A DNA stretch of 64,000 bases from Oikopleura dioica (Eukaryota; Animalia; Chordata): assembly GCA_907165135.1 (NCBI GenBank), contig OU015566.1, forward strand, positions 13,392,001 to 13,456,000, in the 5' to 3' direction. The notes beneath the pieces are model-generated. The model saw only the letters and a program-made list of their open reading frames with translations, ran no database searches and was not told where the DNA came from. The translations under genes were made by a program, and so were the position numbers. Below are positions 24,497 to 38,000 of this stretch, in pieces. Each line of letters begins with the position of its first letter. Within the stretch, counting starts at the first letter, position 1.

Positions 24497-27400
24497 TCAG
24501 ATGTAAAAGGCAGTTTCTTTTTCAATGTATTCTGATCCAAGGCCGAGGTTGAAGTTGTACGTGGCGATTTGACCGGGACTTCCAGTTCCCGCTATGCAAA
24601 AAGTTGAGCTTGGGAAAGATTGTTGGCGTTACCGATGATAAGAAGTTTGCTAGTGACGATCATCTTGTCGACATTCAGCGGGTTTCTGTGAATTCTATCG
24701 ATCAGCTTCCCGGTTTTATGATCCCAAATCGACAGGAACTTCGCATCTCCGCCCGCAAGCAAAACATCGAAATAGGGATGAATCTCCAAGCATCGAATAG
24801 CGCCAAGTTGAGCGGACCAGTTTCGAAGCTGCTGACCTTTTTCAAATTTTTAACGCACTGATTCTGTTCCATTTGATTTCGATTTCTCGATCGACAACAA
24901 ATCAACGAGAAATCGACGTCAAAATTTGACGGTCAAATACAGAAAATCAAGAATTTCCTTATAAGAATACGTCAGTATTTTAAAATCTTTCCTGTCCAGC
25001 TCCAGATTCTTATTTTCCCCTCTGAACAAGCCGAAGCTGCATTTGCCTCTCCGCAGGAAACGTCCAAAATCTCATCGTACGTCTTTTGCGCCGAAAAGAG
25101 CAGCTTTCCATCTACCAGGCTCCACCTTAAATTCTTGTTGAAGACAACTGTAATTTCATTTATGGGCGTACCCTCGTACTGTGCCGGAGGCACCGCCAGT
25201 GACGAAGCGATTTCGCTTGACATCGGAGCAAATTACACCTTAAAAAATTAACTCCACGACGAACAAGAAAGTCCCTCACCTTCCGAAGAAATGGACGCAC
25301 AATCGATCCAGTACTTCTTCTCCAAATCAAAGATCTTCGTCAACCCATTCCAAGCCGTGACAACGACGCGATTCCAGCCAGAGGATATCTTCAAAGATGT
25401 CACTTCGATATTTTCATCATCGGAGACTTCGAAATTGGACTTTTCCGAGCGCTGATGAATACTGTCGACGATGAGGGTATTTCCAATGATTCCGGCGTAG
25501 CTGTTCGGCTCGAAATAGATCAGATGATCCACCTGAACAATATTTTTCCGTAAGATATTCCCCAACATGTAAAAGAATACTATAAACGATCTGATAAAAT
25601 ATACGAGTGGAAGATTTTTATCATCCCCCGCTGTGAGACTTCTCGAGTAGCGCTCTCCTTTGGATATGAGATGACATTAAAAGAGAGAAATACTTGACGT
25701 TGGCATCACTTGAATTTATTGGGAATTATAAAATGAACATCAAGAAGCTTTCCTTCCTGTATACGCAAAACACTTTCGTTACAATGATACATACTCAGTT
25801 TTAATAAACAACAACAAATAAACATACTATATGTTACATACCGAAAGTGAGTTGTTATTCGAATCTTCAAGATAATATCTTCTATCCAAAAGTTTCCTCG
25901 TCGCCAGGTTAAAAATCAGCACGCATCCATCTTCCTCCGCTCCGACGAGCAAAAAGTTTTCCCCAGCCAGCGCTACGGAAGAAAACCTTTCCCTCTTGTT
26001 TTCAAGCGGAATGCTGATCGATTCGCACGTTTCTTCGTCATCGATGGTCAAATTTCCAAAATGGGCCAGCGCTGCTGTGCGACCATTTGCGTGGTCCAGC
26101 GCTTGAATTCGATTTCGTCTGACAGTTCTGGTGCTCACTGAAAAGATCATTAAACACCTGACCTCACAAGAGGGCACTGATTTCTTCAAAAGGATAACTA
26201 TTTTCTACACTGGGCAAAGTTAACCCTTTTTCTTGAGAAAATGTGCCACACATTTATGAAGAAAAAATTCATGGTAAAAACTTGAAAAAGATTAAAGAAA
26301 AGTCTAATAAAGATAACACTTTTTCTAGGGAAAAAGGAAGCGATCAAGTGATCTAAGTTCGGACTCCAATGGTAGTTCACTAATAAAGGTGCGAAAAAAA
26401 ACCGAAAACTTGAGAATTTATAATTTTGAAAAGCCAAAACGAATAAGCCCAAAGAAATTCTACCAGCTTGGGAAAGTCCTGCGCCATGGCGGCCATGAAT
26501 ACAGGAAATCTTCGAAATTATTAAACACTCATTTTTGATAACGCAAAATTTTGAGATTGAAAACACGACGTTTTGAAAAGTTCGTCATCGTCGAATCCAC
26601 TACCGGGGAAAGTATTGGTTGGTTGAAGATCTGGAAAATCTTGCACGAACTATTTACGGGTTTACAACACTGTTTAGCGCTAGAATCAAACAAGCTTTTG
26701 AAAACTCGAAAAAGACTGTTCAGAATGCGTGACAAAAGAAAACCGTCAAAAGTTGGAAGCGACGCTCCAGGCGAGTTCCTGCCACCTTTCAAAAGTCTCT
26801 GAACACAACATTCGAAAGCTCCTTTTGGAGAACTGGCCTGACACTGATCGAATCGTGGTTGTTATGCAAGAAGCACAGTCACACCTTTTGGAGATGTTCG
26901 TTTGCTACATGGGCGAGCGCTCGTAAATTATCTCTCTGTAAATAACCCAAAGATTTTAAAAGTGGATTTTAAATAAATCTATCGCCATTTCCGTGTTTAC
27001 CGAGAAATCTCAAGTATTTGTCCTAGCAACTGTTGCACTAGTACTTCATCTAAATTCTCTCCGAAGCCTCCGAAAAATTCGCTTCGATTAAAAACTCGTC
27101 AGTCTCTATTTATCGAGGGTAGTCTTCAAGGATTTCAACTGACCATTTGATCAATAAGAGGCTCAGCAAACCCTGAAGAAAACCTGCTTCAGGATCGTGA
27201 AAGCATCGCGGCTTCATTTCTCGTAGCTGCGTTTCATGAGAGATCTTTCAGTGCCCTGAGTCAGGTTTTCAACACAGGTTGCCTGAGCATAGATAAGGGG
27301 TATTTTGACTTACATTTGAACTCCCCATTCTTCCAATTTCGCTGCAGCTGATCCGCCCGATGATACAATCGTCTGTATATATTTTCACTCTGATAGTCCA

Positions 27401-27883
27401 CTACTGTCAGATCTCCAAGAAGAGTTCTTTCGAGCGAAACCCAGTCGTTTTTCTTGCATAAGGCGCGCCATAAACTCGGCCGGAGAATCGCCCTTCGCCA
27501 ATCTCTCAAAAAGGCTTTACAAAATCAAATTATTAGAATTCTAACGCTCTTCTATCTCGTTGAAGCCTTTCTCTTGATGTCAGACTAGCGTTGAGAACAT
27601 CCTTGCCGCTGAGGTAGGAGAAAATCTGGTCGGTTATTTCTGGCGGAAATTGAGCGACGAAATCGTGGGCAAGATGGACTTTTGCTCTTTCTGCGAATGC
27701 TCGGATCACATTCTCTGGCAGTTGCTGGAGAAACTGGTCGACCAGCGAGTCAAGCTCGTCTCAATTCGGGCTTGAGTTTGAGGTACGCCCAGACAAGTGA
27801 CAATTACGCAACTTGCCACAGAAACGATCTCGTAACAAGCCTGCATCTGAGATTGCGCTCAGTTGGGTAACCAGCTCTTTCAT
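24497..27883 (-). CDS. F-box/WD40 repeat protein
   Basis: F-box DFVAQFPPEITDQIFSYLSGKDVLNASL..RDWRR..LWRALC; downstream WD-like exons (EDGCVLIFN, WNGLTKIFD, SEGKIRIWS, GDAKFLSIWD). Confidence 0.72.
27158..27292. mobile_element. Degenerate hAT-like MITE copy in an F-box gene intron
   Basis: Right end CCCTGAGTCAGGTTTTCAACACAGGTTGCCTGAGC matches the right TIR near 48495-48532; left GGCTCAGCAAACCCTG; internal GCGGCTTC. Confidence 0.6.
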
Positions 27884-28614
27884 CCTTCACTCTCTCTCGA
27901 TTTCCGAAATCAAGTCATCAAACACTCTTGTTTTCAAAAAATCTCTAAAACATGCAGTTTATTTTGGACTACTGGCAATCAATTTTGGAATTATACGGAG
28001 CTAATCAATATTTTAATAAAAAACAGTAGTTTGACGTCAAAGCTAATTTCATCCCCAAGACTCGTGTTGGAAAGTAATTTGCTCAAGAACGGATCAGAAG
28101 ATCGATTCTTGAGCCTTGAAATCTCTATTTCTAATTTTCAATTATTCCTTGTTTTGAATCTTGGGCGAATAATTCATCTATCGACTCTCGGGTTGAAATT
28201 TGTCTTGATTGAAAATTGACCAATTTTGATATTTCTGAAGCGATGAGTAGAAAGAAAAGTCGGGATATGTTTTTCGATAACATTTATTTGGTTTGTTTCA
28301 TTCGTTTATCATACAGCTAGAATATTCAGAATACCTTTTCGCCCTCTTTTTTTTCAAAAACTAAGAATGGCGAGTCCACTTCTTTTTAACAGATACAAAT
28401 TCAGATATTTTTGTCGAAGAAAGTCAAACACAGGAGATCGGTGGGTTTGGCACACCGGCAGTTCATAAAAAGCGATTTTTTATCAGTAGTTTCTGTTTTT
28501 CAATTATGTCTTTTAAATTTTTTCAAGACTCCTTGGAAAGATATAAATAGAGAAGAGATTTAGGTGGGGGACAAAATGATGGTTGAGAAAATTATGAGTT
28601 TTGCTTCTCTTATT

Positions 28615-29761
28615 TTATGTTTGCTTGCGGAATTTTCGTAGAATCGGGTAGATGTTGTTGAAAGCATCGTCGATTTCTTAAAACATACGCATGAATTCAT
28701 CTTTTTCTAAATACAGTACGGTACCTTTTCGTTGCTTCGCCCCTGTGAGAACAACTTTCCCCGAGACAAAGATCAAGAGCACCAGCTTCGGCTTGATCAT
28801 CCGATAGACCAAGCCAGGGAACAGCTCCGGCTCAAAGGAAGTAAACTGCGCATGATTCAAAACAAGCTGCTCCAGACGAATCGCAAATTTGACATCAACG
28901 GAGCCGACCATATTCTGGATCTTGAAGTCTTTGAATTTCGCAGGAAAACCGAGTTTTTGAATCACTCGCGCGTATTTTCGCGCTGCAAGTCGGGATTTTT
29001 CCTCTGATTTTGCTCCTGAAAACGAAAGGTTATCGAAAAAATCTTCAATAGAAAAGCTTTCTATTTTTCTCTAAAAGCGGAGAAGCCGCTTGTTATTTAC
29101 CTGTACAAACCATCTTCCCCGAGGAAAAGATCAGCGCAGTGGTTCTTGGTTCTCGAATTCTCATAATCACCGCGGCGAATCGTTTTGGATTGTATTCGGC
29201 GTTTCGAGCTCGCATCGCGATGCTTTTGAGGTCAAGCTTTCCACAGTCCAGATCTACTGTAGCAACTGAAGGAAGCAATAAAGATGGGGAAAGAGTCGTT
29301 TTGTTTACCGATATTTTGAATTTGTGGGCTTGAAACGCCATTGTCGAGGGCTGATCTTGGCGTGGCGGGAGGATACTCGGATTGAACGGATTGTGGACCA
29401 CTCTGCTCGTTGATGACGCCCATTCTTTTGACGGAAGCGACTGCATTTGAGGGAGGGCCGCGCATGTTAGAAGCAGGACCAGGAGTGTGGCCATAGCTGA
29501 TAGTAGGGCCGGGGGTAGCGGGAGCGTAACTTTGATGAGTTTTCGAACAAACGATGAAAACTACTGGAGTATTTTTCGTTGACGATTAGCACGCGTCATT
29601 TTGTATTCAAATGATCGTTTTCAGAAACCATTCCTGTAACTTGCCCCAGAATTGCCATAAATAGGTCCAGGAGTAGCTGGTGGTTGATCTCCATACATTG
29701 GTCCTGGAGTTGGAGGAATCCCATAGCCAGGAGTGGCCGGCGTTCCGGGATTGTAGCTCAT
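28615..29761 (-). CDS. TBP: TATA-box binding protein
   Basis: [104 protein letters not shown]. Confidence 0.97.
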
Positions 29762-30137
29762 CGCACTGAACGAAAATTTCTAGAGATTGAAGTCATTTCA
29801 ATACGGGATCATAAATGATAAGATTCTAATTGCTTTTAGATATTTTTAGTCGTTTCTTATGATGACAGCTTAATTCAATGATACTCACCCTCTTCTGGCG
29901 TTATTGCAAGAAAATCTTATCTTTTCGAAATTTCAATCAAACAAAATTGTTATCTACGCGTACGATTACTTCCGATGATTACCTTCTCTCGAAGTTTTCA
30001 ACTGGCTGGTTTCTAGTAAAATTCCTCTTCTATATTCTATCTAATCTTCGTTTTCGTCCCTTTTTTATTCGTAGTTCTGAAAGTTCGATTGAGCCGTCCG
30101 ATTCAAGCAGAGCGCCGTTGCGTAATCAGCTCTTCTT

Positions 30138-30160
30138 GATTGGCCGCCTCTGTCCAATCG
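30138..30160. promoter_or_regulatory. Inverted CCAAT-box pair in the TBP/RNF13 divergent promoter
   Basis: GATTGG..CCAATC between two head-to-head genes. Confidence 0.4.
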
Positions 30161-30403
30161 CCGCCGCGCTGGAAAAATGAATCATTTATCCTTCCCTGGG
30201 CGTATTCTCGACAGGAGAATCACAAGTTCGCGTAATTTTCGCTTGTTTTTCGCGTCTCTCCGAGAGTTATTTTCTTGTGACGGTCAAGAAGGGCCTTTGA
30301 CGCCTTTCATTTTGTAAAATAAAAAATACTGTTGTTACACAATTTCCAGCTAAGATAGAGAAGTAACGAAATTCTGGGTCTAGAAAAAGGACTCAATGGG
30401 AAA

Positions 30404-32693
30404 ATGCGTTCGTTACAGTTACTTCAGTTTCTCGTACTTGGAAGCAAGGCGGAGATAGATGTCTACAACAGGTAAGAATGATTGCAATAAGCAATTACTA
30501 CTATACTAAAACAACTGTTTACTTTTGGCAAAATTTTGGCAAGTGGCTATCTTCCAAAGCAAACGATATTTGTAAATTAATCGTATTTTCGCTCAAACGA
30601 TTCGTTTTTTTCGTAAATTAACAAAATAATCACATGTTAGACGGGTCGAAAAAGGTCGAGACAAAATACCACCATAATAAATATTCTTCTTGTTTGTACA
30701 TAAGCATGAATGTTCTTGTCTCGTTACATAAAGGTTGATAACGTAGGAGAATTCGATCCTATATCTGCCTGTATAAAAGGTCTCCGATAGCGTTGTAGTC
30801 ATTGTTCTCAGTACCTCGCTCATGAGTAACGATAGTTTCGATAATTTTCATTGAAAACGAAACGAATCACCAATATTTTATTGCTCCACAAAGGCTACGT
30901 CTCTCCCCGCTCTCAAACTTCTCAAACAGAGAAAATTTCAAAAAGAGCATGGGTTTTTCAACGATCGTTATTTACAATTCAATTCTTAGCTCGCTCGTGG
31001 TCGTCGACAAGTTTCTATCGCTCGATGCGTACTTCGGCTCCGATCTCCCAGATGACGGCCTTTTCGGTCGAATTTCTCTAGCATCTCCTATCGAAGCCTG
31101 CGATGTTCCAATCAAGCCTGCGCCTGCTCCCTACAGACTTCAAAATGAAACCGTTCTCCCCATCGCCCTCATTTCCAGAGGCACCTGCTCGTTTCTCGAC
31201 AAAATTCAAGCCGCAACAGAAGCTGGTTTCGCCGCGGCAATAGTTTTTACCCTCCCAGATGATCCTCCTACGGGAATGGGGCCCACTGGCTATCCTGAGT
31301 TTATTCCTGCAGGTACGGGACAATGAGAATTAGTTATACTGTGAAAATGGCCAGAAATGAGTAGCCCTTCGATTGAAGTCAAAATCATGATCCTCGAAAA
31401 GGATTCTAGAGCTTAGAATATCAATTTTCTCATCGAGAACCCGACCTTACAACAATAATGCAATACTATGGTATCTGTATATTGTATATCTTCTGTAAGA
31501 TTGAGTTTTCAATAAGAAATGAATTTTCTAAGCTCTAGAATCTTCTTCGAGGATGATGATTTTAACCATATTCGAAAGATCAGTGTTCTCTAATCGTCTT
31601 CTCTAATGATGCAAGGCCTTTTACTGTCATTTAAGATCTTCTTTGGTCCGTTTTTTTTTCCGAAAATGGCATCAAACAATAGCATAATCATCATTATCTT
31701 TTCTAGTGATGACGACATTTGACGCTGGAGAATTCCTCAAGAGCGAAAAAGACCACATCTTCGTCCGTCTTCTTCCAACAGACGATCCATTTCCTTTCCC
31801 GCAGCATCTTCTTTGGCCCTTTGCTTCTGCCGTGGGAGGTTGTCTACTAATCATGCTCGTAAGAAATGAAACAGCTGGATCCAGTTAATCATTCATGATT
31901 TCAGATTTCGACGATCGTAAAGCTCGCCCGCGAATACAAAAAAGCCCGGAAAGGAAGACTTTCCCGAAAGAAGCTCAATACGCTTCCGATCATCAAATTC
32001 AACCCGCAAGAACACGGCTCGCGATTTGAAAGCTGCGCGATCTGCATCGAAGAATTCAAAGCGGGGGAGAAGATTCGAGAGCTGCCTTGTAAGCATGGCT
32101 ATCACAAGATCTGCATCGACCCTTGGCTAACATCAAACAGGTATAAATCCAATCATAGCTCCTTTTTCAACCTTTCTATTCTTCAGAAAAGTATGTCCCC
32201 TCTGCAAGCAAATCGTACTTCCAAGCTCGGATGATGAAGCTTCTGAAAACGAAGACTCCCCTTTAATCCGACCTGAAGGACCCGAGCTCCAAGATGGTAA
32301 GATCTTTCCTCCGCCTCTTCCAACCTCAACCCTGTTTTTAGACGAGGAAAGAAGCGTCGGCTGGGCCGCAGCTTTTTCCCGCAGCAGTCCTCGTGCGCGT
32401 GGTCCTTCAGTAAGCAGCTACACTTCACTAGATGGCGAAGTCAATCCCGTCTTCGCGACAGGTAAGAAGTTTGATGCGACAAGTGCCGAATCGGTTTCAG
32501 AAAACTCGACGAACACTTCAACAACATTATCCTCACAAATCGCGGTCCCAATCGACGATGAAGGCGTTCCCATTATTCGTAAGAGATTCTCCTTTCGAAT
32601 CAAGTTACAGTAGCTTCAGATCTCCCCGTGGAAACAGACTCGGACGATGCCGACGACGAATCGACTCCCAGGAATGATCCAGCGACGGTATGA
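30404..32693 (+). CDS. PA-TM-RING E3 ligase, RNF13/RNF167-like
   Basis: Signal peptide; PA domain [28 protein letters not shown]; [19 protein letters not shown]; RING-H2 [31 protein letters not shown]. Confidence 0.85.
31369..31577. mobile_element. Fold-back MITE-like palindrome in an RNF13 intron
   Basis: Arms of about 70 bp: AAAATCATGATCCTCGAAAAGGATTCTAGAGCTTAGAA vs TTCTAAGCTCTAGAATCTTCTTCGAGGATGATGATTTT. Confidence 0.7.
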
Positions 32694-32923
32694 AGAAGAC
32701 GCTCCCTCAACGCATTCCCACTCTCTTTTTGAGCTTTCCTAATTGTTCCCTTTCCAAAGTTCCCTGGTCAAATGATGGTATATTGAAAATTTCCAAATCT
32801 CTTCGGCTGAAAGTTTCTTTATGTTCTAGCCTTGTTCTTACTTCAAAAACTATTGTATAATGGCTTAAATTAAACAATAAACCAGCAAACTATTCAACAA
32901 AAAACATCGTTTTTTCATCGTTT

Positions 32924-33880
32924 CTAGTAGTGCATTTCGCACTCGAGAAAGACAGAACATTCAGAATCACGGGAAGAGTTTCTATTTCTTTCCTCTTGGC
33001 TCATTTCTCGCAGGCGCTTCTTGACAGGTTGATTTCCAAAGAGACGCATGTTGTAGACGAGTTTCTGCTGTTCAATTTCCATCCGGTCCCTATTATAATT
33101 ACGATTAGTTTGATGAACGAGCATACCTGCATCCTTTTCTCAGGCCATAAAAGGACAAGAGCAAGCCGAATGCAGCAATTATCCACAAAATAGCAATCAA
33201 CCATGTTTCTTCTAGCAATATTACACTTCCAAAACGAAGGTACATCGCTGCAATCGTACTGAAAGTTCAGTTAAAAGATGGCTTTTTTGATGAGCACCAT
33301 AAAAATTATAATTTTTATTTTAGTTTATATCTAAAAAATATATACATATGTGACAACCTAAAGTGAACACTCACGTTACTGACCCGAAGAAAAAAGATAA
33401 AATTGATATTCTTCAATAATTACCATGAAATCAAAATCATTGTCAATATGAGCCCACACAAAGGTGGTCGTAGAAAGGGATCGCATAAAGAAGGGTGTTC
33501 TGGTTGCAATGGCTGAATTAGAAAATAAATTCCTATTTATTTATCAATTCCTATTATACGGTAAAAATAATTCGTTTGAATAATCTTACTCTTATCAGCT
33601 CTCCATTTGCGGAAGATATCTTTCTTGAAAATGCAGCTTCCTCTAGTCGTGACATGATACTCCTAGACCTCGTCCGTGGACTGATTTCCTTTTCTCTATT
33701 TGAATATAAACTCATTTGAAGATTTTAAGACAGGATGAAATTAGGCAGCTAGGTCTTTCAAGAAAGCTTTGTTTATTTTTCTTTTTATTCTCTCGTAAAA
33801 TCTCGTGTCCTTTTTATAGAGAAAAATGGGTCTAATTGATTCACAGGATAAATTGATCGATCACTGGTACTCTCCATGTT
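32924..33880 (-). CDS. Small two-TM membrane protein of unknown function (start uncertain)
   Basis: Exons join in frame: PLCGLILTMILIS..TIAAMYL and WLIAILWIIAAFGLLLSFYGL, then a charged tail ending CEMHY. Confidence 0.55.
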
Positions 33881-34042
33881 CCGTTACGCCGCATTTTACG
33901 GGCGTTTTAAAATTTTCCTTCGTTTAATTTATTCATTATTTCAAGCTTTTTTACGTTATTTGGAAATATTCCGTGAGAATTCACCTTATGGAAAGCACTC
34001 TCAGAAAGCCAGAAAAGACTTTCTTTTCGAGTGAAGAAAAAC

Positions 34043-34420
34043 ATGGTCGCCTTGAAACTCTCATTTTTAAACCTTGTCTTTGGGGATCTCCTCTGCACAG
34101 AGAACTGCAAAACCGACCTGGGAAACTGCTACAGTGCTTGCGAAGCTGACCAGTACTGTAAATACCTGTGCACAGCCGATTTCAACCGCTGCGAAGAAGA
34201 ATGCCCAGAGAGAAGCTGCGCTGATTACTGTTGCGAGCATCTCGGCTCAGGAGTTCCCGGATGTTCCTATATGGTCAAGTATTACGATGCTAAATTATGC
34301 TCAGCCTCGTGCTCTGACGAGTGCTATCTGTGCTACGATACTGTCGTCAATGATTATGAATGCTATACGTCAGCATTGAATGATGTCACTTGCGATTGCG
34401 ATAGAACCCTTTGCAACTAG
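34043..34420 (+). CDS. Secreted Cys-rich protein (20 Cys), single exon
   Basis: Signal-like MVALKLSFLNLVFG; Cx3Cx6Cx3Cx5Cx3Cx6Cx3CP pattern; AATAAA just after the stop. Confidence 0.8.
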   Translation: MVALKLSFLNLVFGDLLCTENCKTDLGNCYSACEADQYCKYLCTADFNRCEEECPERSCADYCCEHLGSGVPGCSYMVKYYDAKLCSASCSDECYLCYDTVVNDYECYTSALNDVTCDCDRTLCN

Positions 34421-35099
34421 AATCTTGAATAAACGAATCCCACGAAAATACCAGACATGTTAAAATTAAGTGCATTGAAAGAAAAAACCCCGGGTTCAAT
34501 AAAATAATCGGATGAGATGATCGATTACAGTATGTTCGCTGCTGTCTCGTGCTAATAATTCCAGTTTCTCACTGAAATCCAGGGCGAAAAGCGATTGGTG
34601 ACGGCTTTTCAGTCCCTGGAGAAATCAATTTCTTGCGTTTGGAAAAGATACTACAAAAGAGAATCTGACGTAGAACATGAAGGTCTCATGACATGATAAA
34701 TGAAATCAGCAGTGTGTAAGCAGAGAGAAATTAGTGATGCAAGAAATCGTGAATAAATAAAGGTAAACTTTAGTTTAATTCAATTCTTAGTGGTCTCTTT
34801 GAAGCCAAAACTGCGTTGTTTGATTAAAAATAGTTTATCAACTGGTTAATTATTTTTAAATATAAAAATAAATTCAGAGTAGTAGGATTATGGTTCTCGC
34901 AAAATGAGAGTTTTATTATCTGTCTCCAAACCCATCTAAAAGACAATAGAACTAGGGGATAGAAGAAAATCTGTCATTAATCTTGAGAATTTCTTTACCG
35001 CAGAAAGAGAATCTAGTAAAACCCCTCTTATCCCCAATTTCTACTTTCTCGCGCCCTCGCGTGCAAACAACGAAGAGAATCCACTCATCAAGAGCTGAT

Positions 35100-38000
35100 C
35101 GTATCCCGGGCAATTCTAATTGACCACAAACAAATCCGTGTCGTTGAGAAAGTTGTTCTTTCGATAAGTTCCACAAAAGACAAAGGCGCCGAGCAAACCC
35201 GCCTCCGTGAGTAAATTCTTTTGAAATTTTATTTTCAATGCCTCCTGTTGAACAAAAAACTTCCTAAAGCCAAGTGTAGAGGAGATTACAGAGATTAACC
35301 AGAAAATTATGCGAGAACCATAATCAAGCGAAGATTTTTAGAGACAAAAATTTTTATCAAATTTTGACGACGGATTCCATTGAAAATAATCATCGAAATT
35401 GTCATTTAAAATAGGAGGTGGCCTAAAACGTCATGAAGTTGCCCTCAAAAATGTCTAAAATCCGTTCTTTCTCGGCCTTCAATTTTGGAACATGTCATTT
35501 TCTTGTTGTAGAAACAAAAAGAAATCTTTATTTACTCAGAAAATGTCATTTGTTTAACTCCAACAGTCATTTTTTGATCTTTTGGTATTCGAAAGAAAAG
35601 AGAGACTTGTGGGAAGTGAAAGAAGTAGGAGCGAAAAAAGTTGTTTTCTGATTTAAATTGTTAAATATTTAGTCCCTGCAAGTATTTGTTCAGAAAGCAA
35701 CCGATGAGTCTCTCTGTCAGCAAATCTCCGCTCAGAGGTCAGAACTCAAAGGGAACTTAGAGATATTTGAATAATGAAGAACCAAGATATTTTCGTGAAA
35801 ACCATAATAATCATATTTTCAAGAGGGTATTTATATATCCGGAAAATCGAAGTATTTTGATCAGATCAAGCAATTTTCAAAATCGTCATGTAGTTATTAA
35901 ATATTATTGATATTAGTGCAGAACGAATCCTATGAAGCTAACCCATGGTTAGGGTCCAAAAAGCTGCGTTGAGAGCATAAAAATCGCCTGACGCCGGGGA
36001 AAAGATGATAACGCCAATTTTAGGAGTGCTTGTTCAAATAATTCTATTTACCCAACTATCTTGTCTCTAGTATTCTACCGAGAAAATATCCTACCCTATC
36101 CTAATAGACAATTGCGGCCTACCGCCTTTTGGCTTGGTGACCACTAGTCAACTTGGTCATTGATCAAGTGCACTTGAGTTTTACTGGAGTGGTGTTCATC
36201 TTGACACATTTTTAATTTTGTAGAATGTGATGACAGACGAGCCAGAAGAAGACAATTCGACTCAAATCTCAAAATGGCTTGTGGGTCAGATTCTGGAAGA
36301 AGTTGTTCCAGACTCTCATGGCCCTACAGAAGGCTGGGTCGGCGAACCAGAGGAAGAACCCGAGGAAGATCAAGAACCAGAAGAAGTCGAGCAAGAAATT
36401 GAGGGACCAGCAAATGCAGAAAATGACAAGAATGATGGAAAATCTGAAAGGGAGTCACCTATTAATATTTACTCCTTGTCAAACGCAGCCGACTTGATGG
36501 TTGATTCTGTTTTGGTAAGCGCTTTCGCCAATATCAACAATCAGACTATTCATCTACTAAAATTTTCATTAGAGCCATGTCGCGCAGAATCTCAATAATA
36601 ACAGGGCGATTTCTCCGTTTCCAAATGTCACAGGAAGGGTCTATTGCTTTCTTGTTCTTTTCGCCTTTATTTCGTAAAAATAAGCCCATAAAAAGTCGAG
36701 GATAGCGGCTCATCTCGCCCAACCACCGGAAAACGAACACCAGTTCCTACAGTCCTCAAACAGGAATCAACAAGCAGTGAGGAAATTTCCTACCAAAGTC
36801 AAGGTATTAAGGCTTAGTCTTTCTTTCTCTAGAATCATAAAAATAGATTACCATTCATAACAAAGTAACTTTTTTTAAACAAACATTATGAAAAGCCCCT
36901 TTAAAAAATCTTACTCAGTCCCAAATACAGGTAAAATGAAGAAGATCTAACAAATTTTATCACTAGAAAATGGCGAAGAAATCAATGTCGGAGACTCTCT
37001 CGATCTGCAAGAAACGGATGTCACAGAAGTCGATACATCAGATTCGGAAATTCTCCCAAATGTCTCCGGTGCGATGGACAAAAATAAAAGGCGAATGAGC
37101 ACTGTTATCTCACTCGACAAAATCGAGGAGAATTTGGAAAATGACGACGGAATCGAAGATATTCTAAGCGATGAAACAGACGATGGAACAGGAAAGGTTG
37201 AAAACGATCTCCGTTGAAGACGAGTTTTGTTGTTTTTCAACCTAAGAAAAGACAGCGATTCTAGCGTGGAAATGAGAAAGCCTCTCAACCGACCGCGCTC
37301 AGCATCTTTGGCGAAGCTTCGAGATGAGTCCATGGCAAAAATCGACCCGATAAGAGGATCTCCTCCTGGTGACAAGCCGCCGGAACCGCTCTCTGATCGG
37401 GATTTGTCACAACATCTTGGGCCAGGCAGAAATCTGAATGTCTGGATTGGAACTTGGAATTTAGGACTTTCTACAGGTTTGCTTGATTTTCGGAACCAAG
37501 AAGGATGTTTTGATTTTAGATGTCGATCTGGTGCAACTTCAAAACTTTTTAAATGTCCAGAGTTCCACTCGCAAAGATGTTTACATATTCGGCTGTCAGG
37601 AAATCAACTCCGAGTCTGTCTACACATGGGAAGTGCAGCTTCAGAAGTGCGTCGGCAAAAAGTACATACTCCTCCATGCCGTCAGATTCGGCACCATTCA
37701 TCTGTCCATATTTGTTCGGCACGAGCTTCAGACCAAGGTGGGACACTAATTTCGATGACGATTTCTCGAAGAATTGACTTTCTCTTTTTTTTAAGATTAT
37801 TTGTTTGAACGGAACAAATCTTTCGATTTTCGCACTTCATTCATGTGAATTTTAGTGTTCGACAATTGATTGGGGAGTGCTTTCAGTTCGCGCGATGAGT
37901 CAAATCAAGACGAAGGGAGTTGCTGCTTGTGCGCTGCAAATCTTCGGCACCAAGTTCTTATTTATGAACAGCCATTTTAAGGTGACCCCTCTCAAATCGT

